From: Octopus vulgaris
Taxonomy: Eukaryota
DNA: 64,000 nt
Direction of reading: 5' to 3'
Assembly: GCA_951406725.2 (NCBI GenBank)
Contig: OX597833.1
Coordinates: 56,234,001 to 56,298,000, forward strand
Shown: positions 12,200 through 24,518 of the stretch, in pieces
How positions within the stretch are numbered: the first letter of the stretch is position 1
How the letters are laid out: every line of letters begins with the position of its first letter
Program-made: the position numbers and the translations under genes
The notes under the pieces: generated by a model
What the model saw: the letters and a program-made list of their open reading frames with translations, nothing else
Told to the model about the DNA's origin: nothing
The model's database searches: none

Positions 12200-13360
12200 G
12201 GTGGTGTCATGCCTGATGACTGGATGAGCAGAATCAGTATCAATTGTCACAAAGGCAATGGAGATGCTTTTAGAAAAAAGCAACAATGGAGGCATCAAAG
12301 AGAAGCACCAAATTATTAAAGTAGCAGAAAGAATTGCTGCACAGATTATTAAGAGAATTGATATATCCTGTTCAAGGACAGGATGTCCCAATGCCCTTTT
12401 CTTAATGAGACAACAGCAAGGGAATTTCTAAGCTAAGAGAAAATGACAACGTATCTAGCATTTGTTGACCTACAGAAGACTGTTGACAGGGTATCATGTT
12501 CTGTATTCTACTTGTCACTAAGAAGACAAAATGTAGTTGAGTGGCTTGTGTGATCTATCAAGTCATGTACAGCGGTGGCTATCAGCAAAGGGATAGAAAG
12601 CAGTAAGTTCAACATAGAGTTCATCATGCAGATAAAGTGTTCACCAAGGATTAGTAGTCAGCCACTTTTTGACAAACTGTCCATGAGAACTCCTGTATGT
12701 CAATGACATTGACACAGCTCTCAGAGCTGAATGCGTCAATGAATTAGATGAGGAATTACTAACATGACAGCAAGTCCTAGATTCAAGAGGACTCAAAATA
12801 AACTAAATGAAGACAAAAAATTTAGCTAGGAAGGAAAATGGTAGAAATGTGCTGCCATTTGGTATATGCTTGATATACAAATAAGAAGCAAGTCAGAATT
12901 CCATATAAGGTATTTGACATAAACCTCCAGTGTACAGTGGGATCATGTGCTTCTAGACATTTGAAGGAACTGAAGGCTTCTGTTATCTTGGTGATTTAAT
13001 CATCAGCTGGGAGAATTGTTCTGAAAGTATAATTACCAAAGTAAGATCAGGATGGTAAAATTTCACTGCACTATTACATCTGTTGGCAACTAAGGGACCT
13101 CTCCCTGAGTGAATGCTAGAACATACAATGCTTATCTACTGAAGTGCAATATTGCACAGTAGTGAAACATGGTCATTGAATAAGGCAGATGTATAAAGAC
13201 TGGATAGAAATGAAGGGAACATGATATATAATGTTAATGTGAATGAACAAGAGAGTACAAATGAGTTGAGAGAAAAACTGACTTTAAGATGAATGGATTA
13301 TATAGTCTACAAGAAAGGAGACTACGGACACATGATGTGTAAGGAGGATGATAATTAAGC
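12200..13360 (+). pseudogene. Decayed RTE-clade reverse transcriptase
   Basis: MPDDW..INCHKGNGDALEKSN.GGIK; LAFVDLQKTVDRV; VHQG; P*ELLYVNDI (YADD-like); ILHSSETW; many stops and frameshifts. Confidence 0.85.
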
Positions 13361-13399
13361 AAAGAGAGTCAATTAAAACCATATATACAATCATCATTA

Positions 13400-13750
13400 C
13401 TATCATCATCATCATTGCTTAACATCCATCTTCCGTGCATGCATGGGTAGGACAGTTGATAGGAGCCAGCCAGGTAGAAGACTACCCCAGGCAACTGTGT
13501 CTCTTTTGGCAGGGTTTCTACAGCTGGATGCCCTCCCTAACATCAACCACTCTACAGAGGGGACTCAGTGCTTTTTATGTGGCACTAGCACAGGCAAGGT
13601 TAGTTTTGGCCTGATTTTTTACAGTTGGATGCTCTTCCAAATGCCAACCATGATACACTGTGGACTGGAGGCCTTTTGCATGACACCAGCACTGGCAGGG
13701 TCACCAAGTAACTCACAAGACAAGGAATTTTGAGAGGAGCAGGGGCATTT
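13400..13750 (-). mobile_element. RTE 3' UTR fragment
   Basis: catcatcat...ctacagctggatgccct motif shared with the UTR at 11270-11290. Confidence 0.7.
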
Positions 13751-13941
13751 GAGGAGGGAAATTGTGTCAGAGGATGAATGGTTAGAGTGTAACATATATA
13801 TAGCCCTTCTCTTCCTCACATTCCCATTTCATGTACTATGATTACCTCCCACTCCCCAATCTTGTCCTCTGGCCTGGTGCCACTGTATCATTGCTCTCTG
13901 CTTGCCCCCAACCTGTGCATTCTACCCACATGCCTTGTCTC

Positions 13942-13994
<53 letters not shown>

Positions 13995-14030
13995 TATGCA
14001 TATATATACAAAATATATATATATATACAC

Positions 14031-14062
<32 letters not shown>

Positions 14063-14464
14063 ATATTTTAATAATTCCTCCTGGAAATTATCTTGAGATG
14101 TATAATACATTTGTTGTAATCTTTTGTGCCCATTATTTCAATGAGCTTGTTAAACTTTTTATATTCTCAACATACTCTTGTCACCAAAGAATGTATATTT
14201 ATATGGATTATAGTACTCTGTGTCAACCAATATTCTGTGCATGTTTGAATATACAGATACAATACCAATATCAATTCCTTCTGGAAACTATCTTAAACAT
14301 GTCCTTGAGAACGATTATTTATGTAGTAATCTTTTGTGCCCAATATTTTAAGGAACTTGTTGAACTTTTTTATGTCCTTAACATGTCCCTGTTACCAAAG
14401 ACTGTATATATGTAATGTAGCAATTTGCAACAACCAATAATTAACGCAACCAAACTTCTACATG

Positions 14465-14509
14465 TTACTTTTGACAATCTTTTTCCAAAGAGTGAAACCG
14501 GTAAAGTAA
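14465..14509 (+). ncRNA. Degenerate minimal hammerhead motif followed by AATAAA
   Basis: ttactt TTGACAA tcttt ttcc aaaga gt GAAA ccgg TA aagtaa; 6-bp stem I. Confidence 0.5.
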
Positions 14510-14571
14510 ATAAATATCTTTTAAATTGCATTTTCAAACCTTCTTTCGTATGTATATGTATATATATATAT

Positions 14572-14825
14572 GGTGGGTGTCTACTCCTTATGCACAGTTT
14601 GACCACCTCCTGTACCTACACCTTAGAACCATCATGGCATCTGATGTGGCTTTTTAAACCAAACAATGTTTTGAAAAGACCCCCACATAGATTGCATATC
14701 TAATCTGGACCACCAAGAGCGGCAGATAAGCTCTGATCTTTGTGATCTTAAACTGTCTTTTTAAGCCTCCATTAGATTTGCAAACCATTTGGCATTCATT
14801 GCATTAAAAGGTGTGCCCAGACATA
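14572..14825 (-). mobile_element. Probable non-LTR retrotransposon 3' fragment encoding two decayed C2H2-like fingers
   Basis: CNECQMVCKSNGGLKRQFKI, then a frameshift, then CNLCGGLFKTLFGLKSHIRCH; runs into (TA)n. Confidence 0.55.
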
Positions 14826-16053
14826 CAGGCATATGTCAATATATACATATATACGTGTATATATACATGTGTGTATATACTTATATGTGCTTACACAGAT
14901 ACAATTAGTTAAATATGCATATCAAATCCACATTTGCCCACACAGAAATGTATGTCTGCATATTTCAGTATAAGATTCTATCATCACTTATTAATATTGT
15001 ATACTTAATGATGTCTTCTTTCTGCAGTCTGGCTCCTTGACACTATTGAGGTCAGAATGGATTTATTATCATGACAACACTTTGAAATGAACTCTAATTT
15101 TTTTATATTTAAAGAGCTAGAATATTTAGAAGTGATGAAATATTTTTCAACTTTACACAAGCCACAGAATTTAGAGCACTAGTTATATTTGTTGCTCAAG
15201 TGAAGCATATAGCTGGTGACATCATTGGCTGTTCCATGGCCGTGTGATAAGAAGATTGCTTCCCAACCACATGATTCAAGGTTCAGTCTTGCTATGTGCT
15301 ATCTTGGGCAAGTGTCTTCTACTGTAACCTTAAACGATAAATGTCGCCCTTTTCAATCCTAGCCAGGCTCATGGGCCCGGTTTCCTGGTTTCTGTGGCAT
15401 ATGTGTTCCCCAATGGTCCAAAAGTGTCCTCCTTATATCGATGGTCCAAAAATACCCTCTATTTTTCTGAACATGCAATATTTTTATTGCAACCATTTGC
15501 TATTTTGAACCAAAAAATCTGAGTTGGTTGATTCTTGTACAAAACTTTCAATATTATATATTAAGAAGTTTCCAGATTTCTTATTAGTTAGCAAACATTA
15601 TATCTTTACTACAATAGGTTCACAGTGCCTTGGGTAGTCTCCCATGTTTCTAACATATTTTACATTTTAAAATATTTTTGTATTTCTTTTCTATAAAATC
15701 AATTTTAAGATTTATTTCTACAGAGTCATCTTTTGCACTGTTTGCCTTTGAACACTGCATATGAAAATTTGAAATATGACATTTTTTCAAAAGTTACTCT
15801 GATCCTAATTGTATTTTGTCTTCAAATATTTAAGTATATATAACTCTGTCTCTATTAAGCTTCATTTAAACTGTTTGAATAATTAGAAATGTAAAAACGA
15901 ATTGAATACTTAACAATATGAAAATGAAAAGTTTGATTTTGTATCAGATAAATATTTATATACACTTTACTTTTCGTATTGAGTACTTTTTTCAAATATG
16001 CTTCTATATGTATATATTTATTAACTGGTTCAGTAATATGAGAGACTAAAGCA

Positions 16054-16970
16054 GATGCTGTTCATCCCATTCAAAGTCCATCACCAAAACCCTTGTCTTC
16101 AAAGAACTGAAATTTGTAAGAATATAATATACTATATTATACTATACATAGGCGCAGGAGTGGCTGTGTGGTAAGTAGCTTGCTAACCAACCACATGGTT
16201 CCGGGTTCAGTCCCACTGCGTGGCATTTTGGGCAAGTGTCTTCTGCTATAGCCCCGGGCTGACCAAAGCCTTGTGAGTGGATTTGGTAGACGGAAACTGA
16301 AAGAAGCCTGTCGTATATATGTATATATATATATATATGTGTATATGTGTGTGTTTGTGTGTTTGTCCCTCTAGCTGGTGTGTTTACGTCCTCATCACTT
16401 AGCGGTTCGGCAAAAGAGACCGATAAAATAAGTACTGGGCTTACAAAGAATAAGTCCCGGGGTCGATTTGCTCGACTAAAGGCGGTGCTCCAGCATGGCC
16501 GCAGTCAAATGACTGAAACAAGTAAAAGAGTAAAAGAATAAATATACTATAAATGACAGCGATATATAGATTATTATGCATTCCAGAAAATCACTCCTAT
16601 TGAATGAGGATGTAAGATGAATAAAATACATCGATGATCTGTTTGATGTCAGTTTGTGAGCTCTGCATGCCAAGGACATTTTCAAGCTCATTGAATTATA
16701 TGTCTTAGAAGTAGTTTAAGCAAGATTTAAATCTTTAGCTATAGGACTGTACAGAGATGATGGCTTGGCTGTGTAGTTGACAATAACATAAGCACAGTTA
16801 ACCTTTTAGATACCACTTCAGATTTAGATACATGCACAATAAAATCCTTATAGAAATGCTTACAGTATGAGCCTAGTTAATGATGTAAACGAATTTCAAA
16901 CAAATATATCTTTAAACAAATTGACATTTGACAAAGCAGCCAATTACTATAAAGAAAAATGAGTTACTAA
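16054..16970 (+). pseudogene. Decayed Penelope-like element reverse transcriptase (Nematis-like), split by a SINE A
   Basis: SITKTLVFKELKF / IIMHSRKSLLLNE..LFDVSL..IGLYRDDGLAV (one frame, 16570-16773, with stops) / VNLLDTTSDL / TFDKAANYY. Confidence 0.8.
16151..16540 (+). mobile_element. SINE family A
   Basis: Head to tail match with the 873 copy, small internal deletion. Confidence 0.9.
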
Positions 16971-17312
16971 GTGCTGTCATGAAAATTAATTTTATCTCAA
17001 TAAGTATAGCAAAACACTCAAACTGTGATTTAATTGACCAGATATAAACCATCATTATACTGGGATTTACCCAACTTACAAAGTAGACGAAAACAATTAG
17101 AAGCCTCCAACAAGGCGTTTCATCTTTGATGTATTGTTGGAACCTCTCAGTGCTTGCACCACCAAATACTCCCATCGGAGGCAAGCATTCAGATACAAGA
17201 CACTGAATAATGAGATGTAAAGTGGTCTGAGTTGAGAATTTATTCAAGCCTTCCTTGTAAGAACATGTCCGAATATGGGATATGGAAACAAGCTAGGGTT
17301 AGCAACAGGAAG

Positions 17313-17560
17313 GGCATCGGTTGTCAAGTGATGTTGGGGCCACAAACACAGACACACAAACATACACACACACACACACATATATATATACATATATATA
17401 TGACAGGCTTCTCTCAGTTTCTGTCAACCAAATCAACTCACAAGGCTTTGGGCGGCCTGAGGCTATAGTAGAAGACACTTGCCCAAGGTGCCATGCAGTG
17501 GGACTGAACCTGGAACCATGTGGTTCGTAAGCAAGCTACTTACCACATAGCCACTCCTAC
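17313..17560 (-). mobile_element. SINE family A, partial
   Basis: Reverse-complement head and internal microsatellite. Confidence 0.85.
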
Positions 17561-17720
17561 AAATTTTTGCTTTACGAGTGATCTCTGGGAACAAATTAAC
17601 TTGAATATCGAGGTATTTCTGCATATATTTTAACCAGGACTTAAGTATACTTCTGTGCATTCATTCCCACAACAGAAACACCAAAAACCTATTTGCTAGA
17701 GGTAGATTCTATTATAAACT

Positions 17721-18120
17721 CATCATCATCATCGTTTAAAATCCGTTTTCCGTGCTAGCATGGGTTGGATGCTTCGACCGGGGTCTGGGAAGCCAGGGGC
17801 AGCACCAGGCTCCAGTCTGATCTGGCAGTGTTTCTACAGCTGGATGCCCTTCCTAACGCCAACCACTCCGTGAGTGTAGTGGGTGCTTTTTACATGCCAC
17901 CGGCACAGGTGCCAGGGGAGGCTGGCAGCAGCCACAATTGGTTGGTGCTTTTTACGTGCCACCGGCACAGAAGCCAGTCAAGGCGGCGCTGGCATCGGCC
18001 ACGTTCGGATGGTGCTTTTTACGTGCCACCGGCACAGGTATCATGACTACAATTTCCATTTGATATTTATTTTGATGTTTATGTACTTGACTCAATAGGT
18101 CTCCTCAAGCACAGCAGGTC
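17721..18120 (-). mobile_element. RTE 3' UTR-derived repeat with tandem ggtgctttttacgtgccaccggcaca units
   Basis: (CAT)n tail on +, ctacagctggatgcccttcctaacgcc, three tandem units; related copies at 23910, 37272, 39365, 55717. Confidence 0.8.
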
Positions 18121-18708
18121 ATGTGCCACTGGCAGACATAAAGCAGAACACAAGATAATTAAAAAGAAATTCAAATTGTTGTCAGTTTCACATTAAAAGT
18201 CGTTATAGGTAGAATCATTGACACTAAAACGATCAGATATGTTTACACATACACACTGGGTGGTAAAAAATAAAAACCACGCAGAGGTTTTAAATATTCA
18301 TATTACCTTTTTTTTTTATGTCACTTGAATTTTTGTTTTTCGTTTTTACAGACATGTAAAAGGACCCCTGAGAATTCATCCGAGCAAATAATGAAGATAA
18401 GAGATTCTTACTTGAAATACCATCAGTCAATAACATAAACTAGAAGAGCACATTCGGATTATTTCAATGTTGGACACCACCAACCATGTCAAAGATTCAT
18501 CATTTGATTATGCATTTTGTAAAGAGTTTGGCTCAGTCAGTAGTCTCTCATGAACTGGTGGACAACATTCAGTTTGAAATGCTGAAAGTGATACACATCT
18601 TTTATTTTTCGCTTGTTCAGTCATTGGACTGCAGCCTTGCTAGGATACCATCTTGAAAGTCGTTAAATAAATCAATCCTAGTACTTAAGTTTTTAAAGCA
18701 CTAGGTAA

Positions 18709-18900
18709 GTGTAGGAGTAACTGTGTGGTAAGTAGCTTGCCTTCAAACCACATGGTTCCGGGTTCAGTCCCACAGCGTGGCACCTTGGACAAATGTCTTC
18801 TACTATAGCCTCAGGCTGACCAAACCCTTGTGAGTGGATTTGGTAGACGGAAACTAAAAGAAGCCCATCGCATATATATATATGTGTGTGTGTGTGTATA

Positions 18901-18943
<43 letters not shown>

Positions 18944-19190
18944 GTATGTATGTATGTGTGTGTGTATATGTTTGTGTGTCTGTGTTTGTCCCCCAAACAT
19001 CGCTTGACAACCGATGCTGGTGTGTTTACGTCCCTGTAACTTAGCGGTTTGGCAAAAGAAACCGAATAACTAGAATAAGTACTAGGCTTACAAAGAATAA
19101 ATCCTGGGTTCGATTTGCTCGACTAAAGGCGGTACTCCAGCATGGCCACAATCAAAAGACTGAAACAAGTAAAAAGTAAAAGAGAGAGAG
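18709..19190 (+). mobile_element. SINE family A nested in an older antisense SINE A (18600-18690 and 19190-19310)
   Basis: Full copy flanked by matching halves of a minus-strand copy. Confidence 0.8.
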
Positions 19191-19361
19191 TACTTATTCT
19201 ATCAGCCTCTTTTGGCAAACTGCTATGTTACATAGATGCCTGGTTGTCAAGTAGTGATGGGCAACAAACATAAACACTAAGACACATACCTCTTAACCAC
19301 AAGCCTATGTGTGTGTGTATATATATATATGTGTATGTATATATATATATATAATAATATA

Positions 19362-19580
19362 TAGAAACATTAGCGCGCCGGGCGAAATGCTTAGCGGTAT
19401 TTCATCTGTCGTTACGTTCTGAGTTCAAATTCCGCCGAGGTCGACTTTCCCTTTCATCCTTTCGGGGTCGATAAATAAAGTACCAGTTTCGCACTGGGGT
19501 CGATGTAATCGACTTAATCCCTTTGTCTGTCCTTGTTTGTCCCCTCTATGTTTAGCCCCTTGAGGGTAATTAAGAAATAT
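19362..19580 (+). mobile_element. SINE family B
   Basis: ttagcgcgccgggcgaaatgcttagcggtatt...gagttcaaattccgccgaggtcgac... Confidence 0.85.
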
Positions 19581-19581
19581 A

Positions 19582-19634
<53 letters not shown>

Positions 19635-19686
19635 AATTATTGTATACAGTGCACAGGTGCACCACAACTTGTCAAAAGTGTGTATA

Positions 19687-19730
<44 letters not shown>

Positions 19731-20271
19731 CATTTATTGGCTACATAGGATTCATAAAGAATTGAGGCACATCACGGTGTACTGATTGGTTATATATGTG
19801 CTTGTGTATACACATACAGCTATATTCATTATACGCACTCACACACATTCATGTATATAGATGCATGTGTATACATACACACATAGTCATACATACAAAT
19901 GTATGTATATATAAAACATGTATATACTCACTAACACGGCTGGGGTCAAATCTAAGGGGAAAATATCCACTCCCTGACAAACAAGAAGTATCGGCTTTGT
20001 CGTTAATGAAAATGAAAATCGTTAATCAAATGTGAATTATAATATTCATGCATACTTGCTACCATAATGGGAAAAATATATTAATATATTTTCAAGCATA
20101 AATTCACAAACTTACAAAGAAATACTAGAATACAGAGATTCACACAGTGGGGCCCAGTCGATTAGATCAACCCCAGTACACAACTGGTACTTAATTTATC
20201 ATCCCCAAAAGGATGAAAGGCAAAGTCGACCTCGGTGGAATTCGGAATACCGTTCAGCATTTCACCCGATA

Positions 20272-20465
20272 TACTCTTTTACTTGTTTCAGTCATTTGAC
20301 TGCGGCCATGCTGGAGCACCGTCTTCAGTCGAGCAAATCGACCCCGAGACTTATTCTTTGTAAGCCCAGTACTTATTCTATCAGTCTCTTTTTGCCGAAC
20401 CGCTAAGTGACGGGGACGTAAACACACCAGGGGGACAAACACAGACACACAAACACACACATACA

Positions 20466-20496
<31 letters not shown>

Positions 20497-20665
20497 TACG
20501 ACAGGCTTCTTTCAGTTTCCGTCTACCAAATCCACTCACGAGGCATTGGTCGGCCCGGGGCTATAGCAGAAGACACTTGCCCAAGATGCCACGCAGTGGG
20601 ACTGAACCCGGAACCATGTGGTCGGTTAGCAAGCTACTTACCTACCACACAGCCACTCCTGCGCC
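20272..20665 (-). mobile_element. SINE family A inserted into a SINE B (20147-20690)
   Basis: Empty site visible in the duplicated copy near 22350. Confidence 0.85.
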
Positions 20666-22188
20666 TAACATTTCTGCCAGCTCGCCGCCTTATTATCCAA
20701 CATATATTATTTTCAAGACATTAGTGTGTGATCTGAGAAGTATTTGACTACTATTTCTAGCCAGCTGAGAAGGTAGCATAGAGGCTTCCTCATCGGAACC
20801 TGCTTTGCAGCAAAGTAAAAACTAAAGTCAGTAGAAATAACTACAAGCATAAATACACTCTCCACATGCACTCATTCACACATACAACACACAGAAGATA
20901 TTCTCCTATACTGAGACACGAGTTATGAAATAGTTGTTGCATCAGTAATCTCTAAGTGAGATAATGCTTCAGATCAATAATCCACGTTAATTTTCAAAAT
21001 ATATATTTCTTTTAATTTTTAAAATTTTATTCCATTATTTTTTGGGGGGTTTTTTTGTTCAGTTTTTTTTTCTAATTTTTTTCATAGTATTTCGATTAGG
21101 ACGTTTTCTATCTGTCTTCAGGTGCCCGTGCATCACGTGTTGACTTATATCGAGTCACATTTTTCACTCCGAATTGAAAAATATTGATCAGCTGTGAGGA
21201 AGTGTGTAAGCCAACGTTAAGAACCTAACGCATATATGTCTATATCTGCTGTGTGTACGATTCTACATGCATGTGTGTATCTGTGTGTGTGTGTGTGTGT
21301 GTGCATAAGCACATAAAACGAAAGTGTATTGATTTCCAACAAAGGTCTTCAGGTGGAGTATAAAAGAACAAGGCAATGTGATTGTGTGATGTTCATGCCT
21401 TTACCAAGAGCATTATCGACAGTAGTGAAGTGAAATAGCTGAAGCTAATGACTGACTCCTGGTTACAGATTTTCACTTTGCCAGGAGTCGTTACTTCACT
21501 GTTTTCACATTTATAACCACAGGCCAAGGAAGGAGCCTCTACGTGGTTACTCGACTTGCTAGAAATAGCAGCCAAATATTCCTTAATTGCACTCTGTTGT
21601 GTTGGAAAGGGAAGAAAACATAGTATAATAATTTGGTTCTGGATATTGTACACTCATGGTCAGCATGTATTTGGTTGTACTTCTACTTGCAAAGGATTGA
21701 CCTGGGGCCAAACATCAGCAACATCCAAAATCATAGGAACCAAATTTGTTTTTCTCCATAACCAATATATACAGGTGATAATTTAAGGTTAAAACCAAGT
21801 CATTCATATTCCTACTCTTTCCAGCAGCTTTATTCTGGATAGTAAGCAAAGCTTATTGTTGTTAATATTTCTATGTTGAGCACGACCTATAACCGCTGAT
21901 GTCTATACACACTCACACACACTCATGTATACAGATGCATATATATACATACACACATATCCATACATACAAATGCATGTATATATAAAACATGTATATA
22001 CTCACTAACACGGTGGGGTAAAATCTAAGGGTAAAAATATCCACTCCCTGACAAACAACCTGATCAGACCTAATTGGGTTGATTTATGATCAAAGGCATT
22101 CTAGCCATGACCACTCCATTCTTTTGTTTATTAATATTTTTTTCCCCTTGGTACAGTGCATTCAGTACCACATTATCCAACATATATT

Positions 22189-22384
22189 CTTTTCTACCTA
22201 CTCTAGGCACAAGGCCTGAAATTTTGGGGGAGTGGGGCCAGTCGATTAGATCAACTCCAGTACGCAACTGGTACTTAATTTATCAACCCCGAAAGGATGA
22301 AAGGCAAAGTCGACCTCGGCGGAATTCGAAATACTGTTCAGCATTTCACCCGGTGTGCTAATATTTCTGCCAGCTCACTGCCTT
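22189..22384 (-). mobile_element. SINE family B with 17-bp TSD
   Basis: TSD attatccaacatatatt at 22172-22188 and 22385-22401. Confidence 0.9.
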
Positions 22385-22508
22385 ATTATCCAACATATAT
22401 TATTCCAAGACATTAGTGGGTGATCTGAGAAGTATTTGACTACTATTTCTAGCCAGCTGAGAAGGTAGCATAGAGCCTTCCTCATTGGTACCTGCTTTAT
22501 AGCAAAGT

Positions 22509-22893
22509 GTGGAGGCGCAATGGCCCAGTGGTTAGGGCAGCGGACTCGCGGTCATAGGATCGCGGTTTCGATTCCCAGACCGGGCGTTGTGAGTGTTTAT
22601 TGAGCGGAAACACCTAAAGCTCCACGAGGCTCTGGCAGGGGATGGTAGTGATCCTTGCTGTACTCTTTCACCACAACTTTCTCTCACTCTTACTTACTGT
22701 TTCTGTTGTACCTGTATTTCAAAGGGCCGGCCTTGTCACTCTCTGTGTCAAGATGAATATCCCTGAGAACTACGTTAAGGGTACACGTGTCTGTGGTGTG
22801 CTCAGCCACTTACACGTTAATTTCACGAGCAGGCTGGTCCGTTGATCGGATCAACCGGAACCCTCATCGTCGTAACCGACGAAGTGCTTCCAC
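22509..22893 (+). mobile_element. tRNA(Arg)-like SINE family C (probably OR1) with 8-bp TSD
   Basis: A-box tggcccagtggtt, B-box ggtttcgattcc; TSD agcaaagt at 22501-22508 and 22894-22901. Confidence 0.85.
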
Positions 22894-23826
22894 AGCAAAG
22901 TAAAAACTAAAGTAAGTAGAAATAAGTGCCTTTCCAGAGATAACAATGGCAGTCCATTTTTCTGTAAGAGGTTTTTCGGTTTTTTTCTTTTTCTTTTTAA
23001 GGAAGAAATAAAATTGTATGTTTGAACTTTAAACGTAGAATATGAAAAGCAAAAAAAAAAAAAAAAATAGATGTTTTTTTTTTTTCTTCAAAATATTAGC
23101 ATCTTGCAAAAGAAAGTATTAGAAATCTTAATGGGTTGACTCAGTATTTAAACAAATTTTTCAAAAAATTTTTGCCAGTAGATTTTTGGCAGTTCAAATA
23201 ACATGAATAAGGAAACACAGACAGTAAAATCTTAAGTAACTATAAAATAGTTCACACAGAGAATGTTCATATATTTCAAAAAGTTTCCAAAACAGAAAAA
23301 AAAACAAAAAAAAAACAAAAAAAAAACAAACAAACCCCCAAAATGGTAAGAGACAACTTTTACACAAATGTTGAAAAATCAATACTATTTTTTTTTTTTA
23401 CCCTTTCTTTCATTTTTTTTCTTTCATACAGTGAGAAGGTATTTTAAAGCAGGCATCTCGGTTGAGGAGACACATGGCTAGTTTGTTCTCTATCTTAAAT
23501 TGAGAAAAATGTTAACATTTTGAATTTTCAGTTATGGAAATGCAGCATTTTTTGATTACGCATAAGGTCAAGTTTTTTCAAGAAGGATATCTTCAATTGA
23601 ATATAGACCTGTATGTTGTTGGTACCAATAAATAAATATATATATATACATATATATATATACATATATATATATATTCGTATTTCAAAATAAAAAATTA
23701 CCCTTTAACAGGTAATTTTTACATGCTAGAAATAGCAGCCAACATGGCCAAAAACCACAATTTTATAGCAAATTTCGAAGTACATGAAAAATAAAAACCT
23801 TTACCTTGTTATACCAATGGTTTTGA

Positions 23827-23909
<83 letters not shown>

Positions 23910-23912
<3 letters not shown>

Positions 23913-24160
23913 TTGATATGGCACGTAAAAAGCACCAACCGATCGTGGCCGTTGCCAGCCTCCCCTGGTACCTGTGCCGGTGGCACGTAAAAAGTTTCAC
24001 TCACAGAGTGGTTGGCATTAGGAAGTGCATCCAGCTGTAGAAATACTGCCAGATCAGACTGGAGCCTGCTGCAGCCTCCTGACTTCCCAGACCCCAGTCG
24101 AACCGTCCAACCCATGCTAGCATGGAAGACGTACATTAAACGATGATGATATTGATGATG
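23910..24160 (+). mobile_element. RTE 3' UTR-derived repeat
   Basis: ggcacgtaaaaagcacc units; ...aacccatgctagcatggaa...aaacgatgatgat tail. Confidence 0.8.
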
Positions 24161-24203
24161 ATATATATATATATAGAAACACACACATACACAGACACAC
24201 ACA

Positions 24204-24518
24204 TGTTTAGAGAAAAGTGTTGGTCTAGTATAGGGTGTAATAAGAGATTACATAGAATACAAGGGAACAAGAAATAATGTAATGAATTTCATTAGCTTAT
24301 AGTTGTTTCTGCTGTAATATGTGATGCATTCATAGATAAGAACTTGCATAAGCTCTGATGAAATCATAAGGTGATAAACAAGCACTCAACTATGAATGCA
24401 TTGCATCTTATAGCAGAAACAGCTGTAAGCTATTAAAATTCGTCACATAATTTCTTGTTCCCTTACCATTTATATAATCTCTTATTAAATCTGTACTAGA
24501 ACATTTTTCACTAAAGCA
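24204..24518. mobile_element. ~315-bp foldback element with a hammerhead core on + (24351-24431)
   Basis: Arms 24204-24335 and 24390-24518; agct CTGATGA ... GAAA cagctg TA agct. Confidence 0.7.

Noticed and set aside
14073-14412. ~200-bp-period diverged tandem duplication within a 194-aa ORF
   Set aside because: The duplication is real, but the ORF is largely microsatellite read-through with no functional signal
18352-18560. Possible exon after a strong polypyrimidine tract and CAG
   Set aside because: All three frames hit stops and no recognisable protein or clear donor is present; it may be UTR but cannot be supported
21095-21125. CTGAAGA...GAAAACGTC on minus as a hammerhead
   Set aside because: Stems I and II cannot be formed convincingly
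22509-22585. tRNA-Arg gene
   Set aside because: It is a SINE head: no proper acceptor stem or poly-T terminator, it continues into a SINE body and is flanked by a TSD
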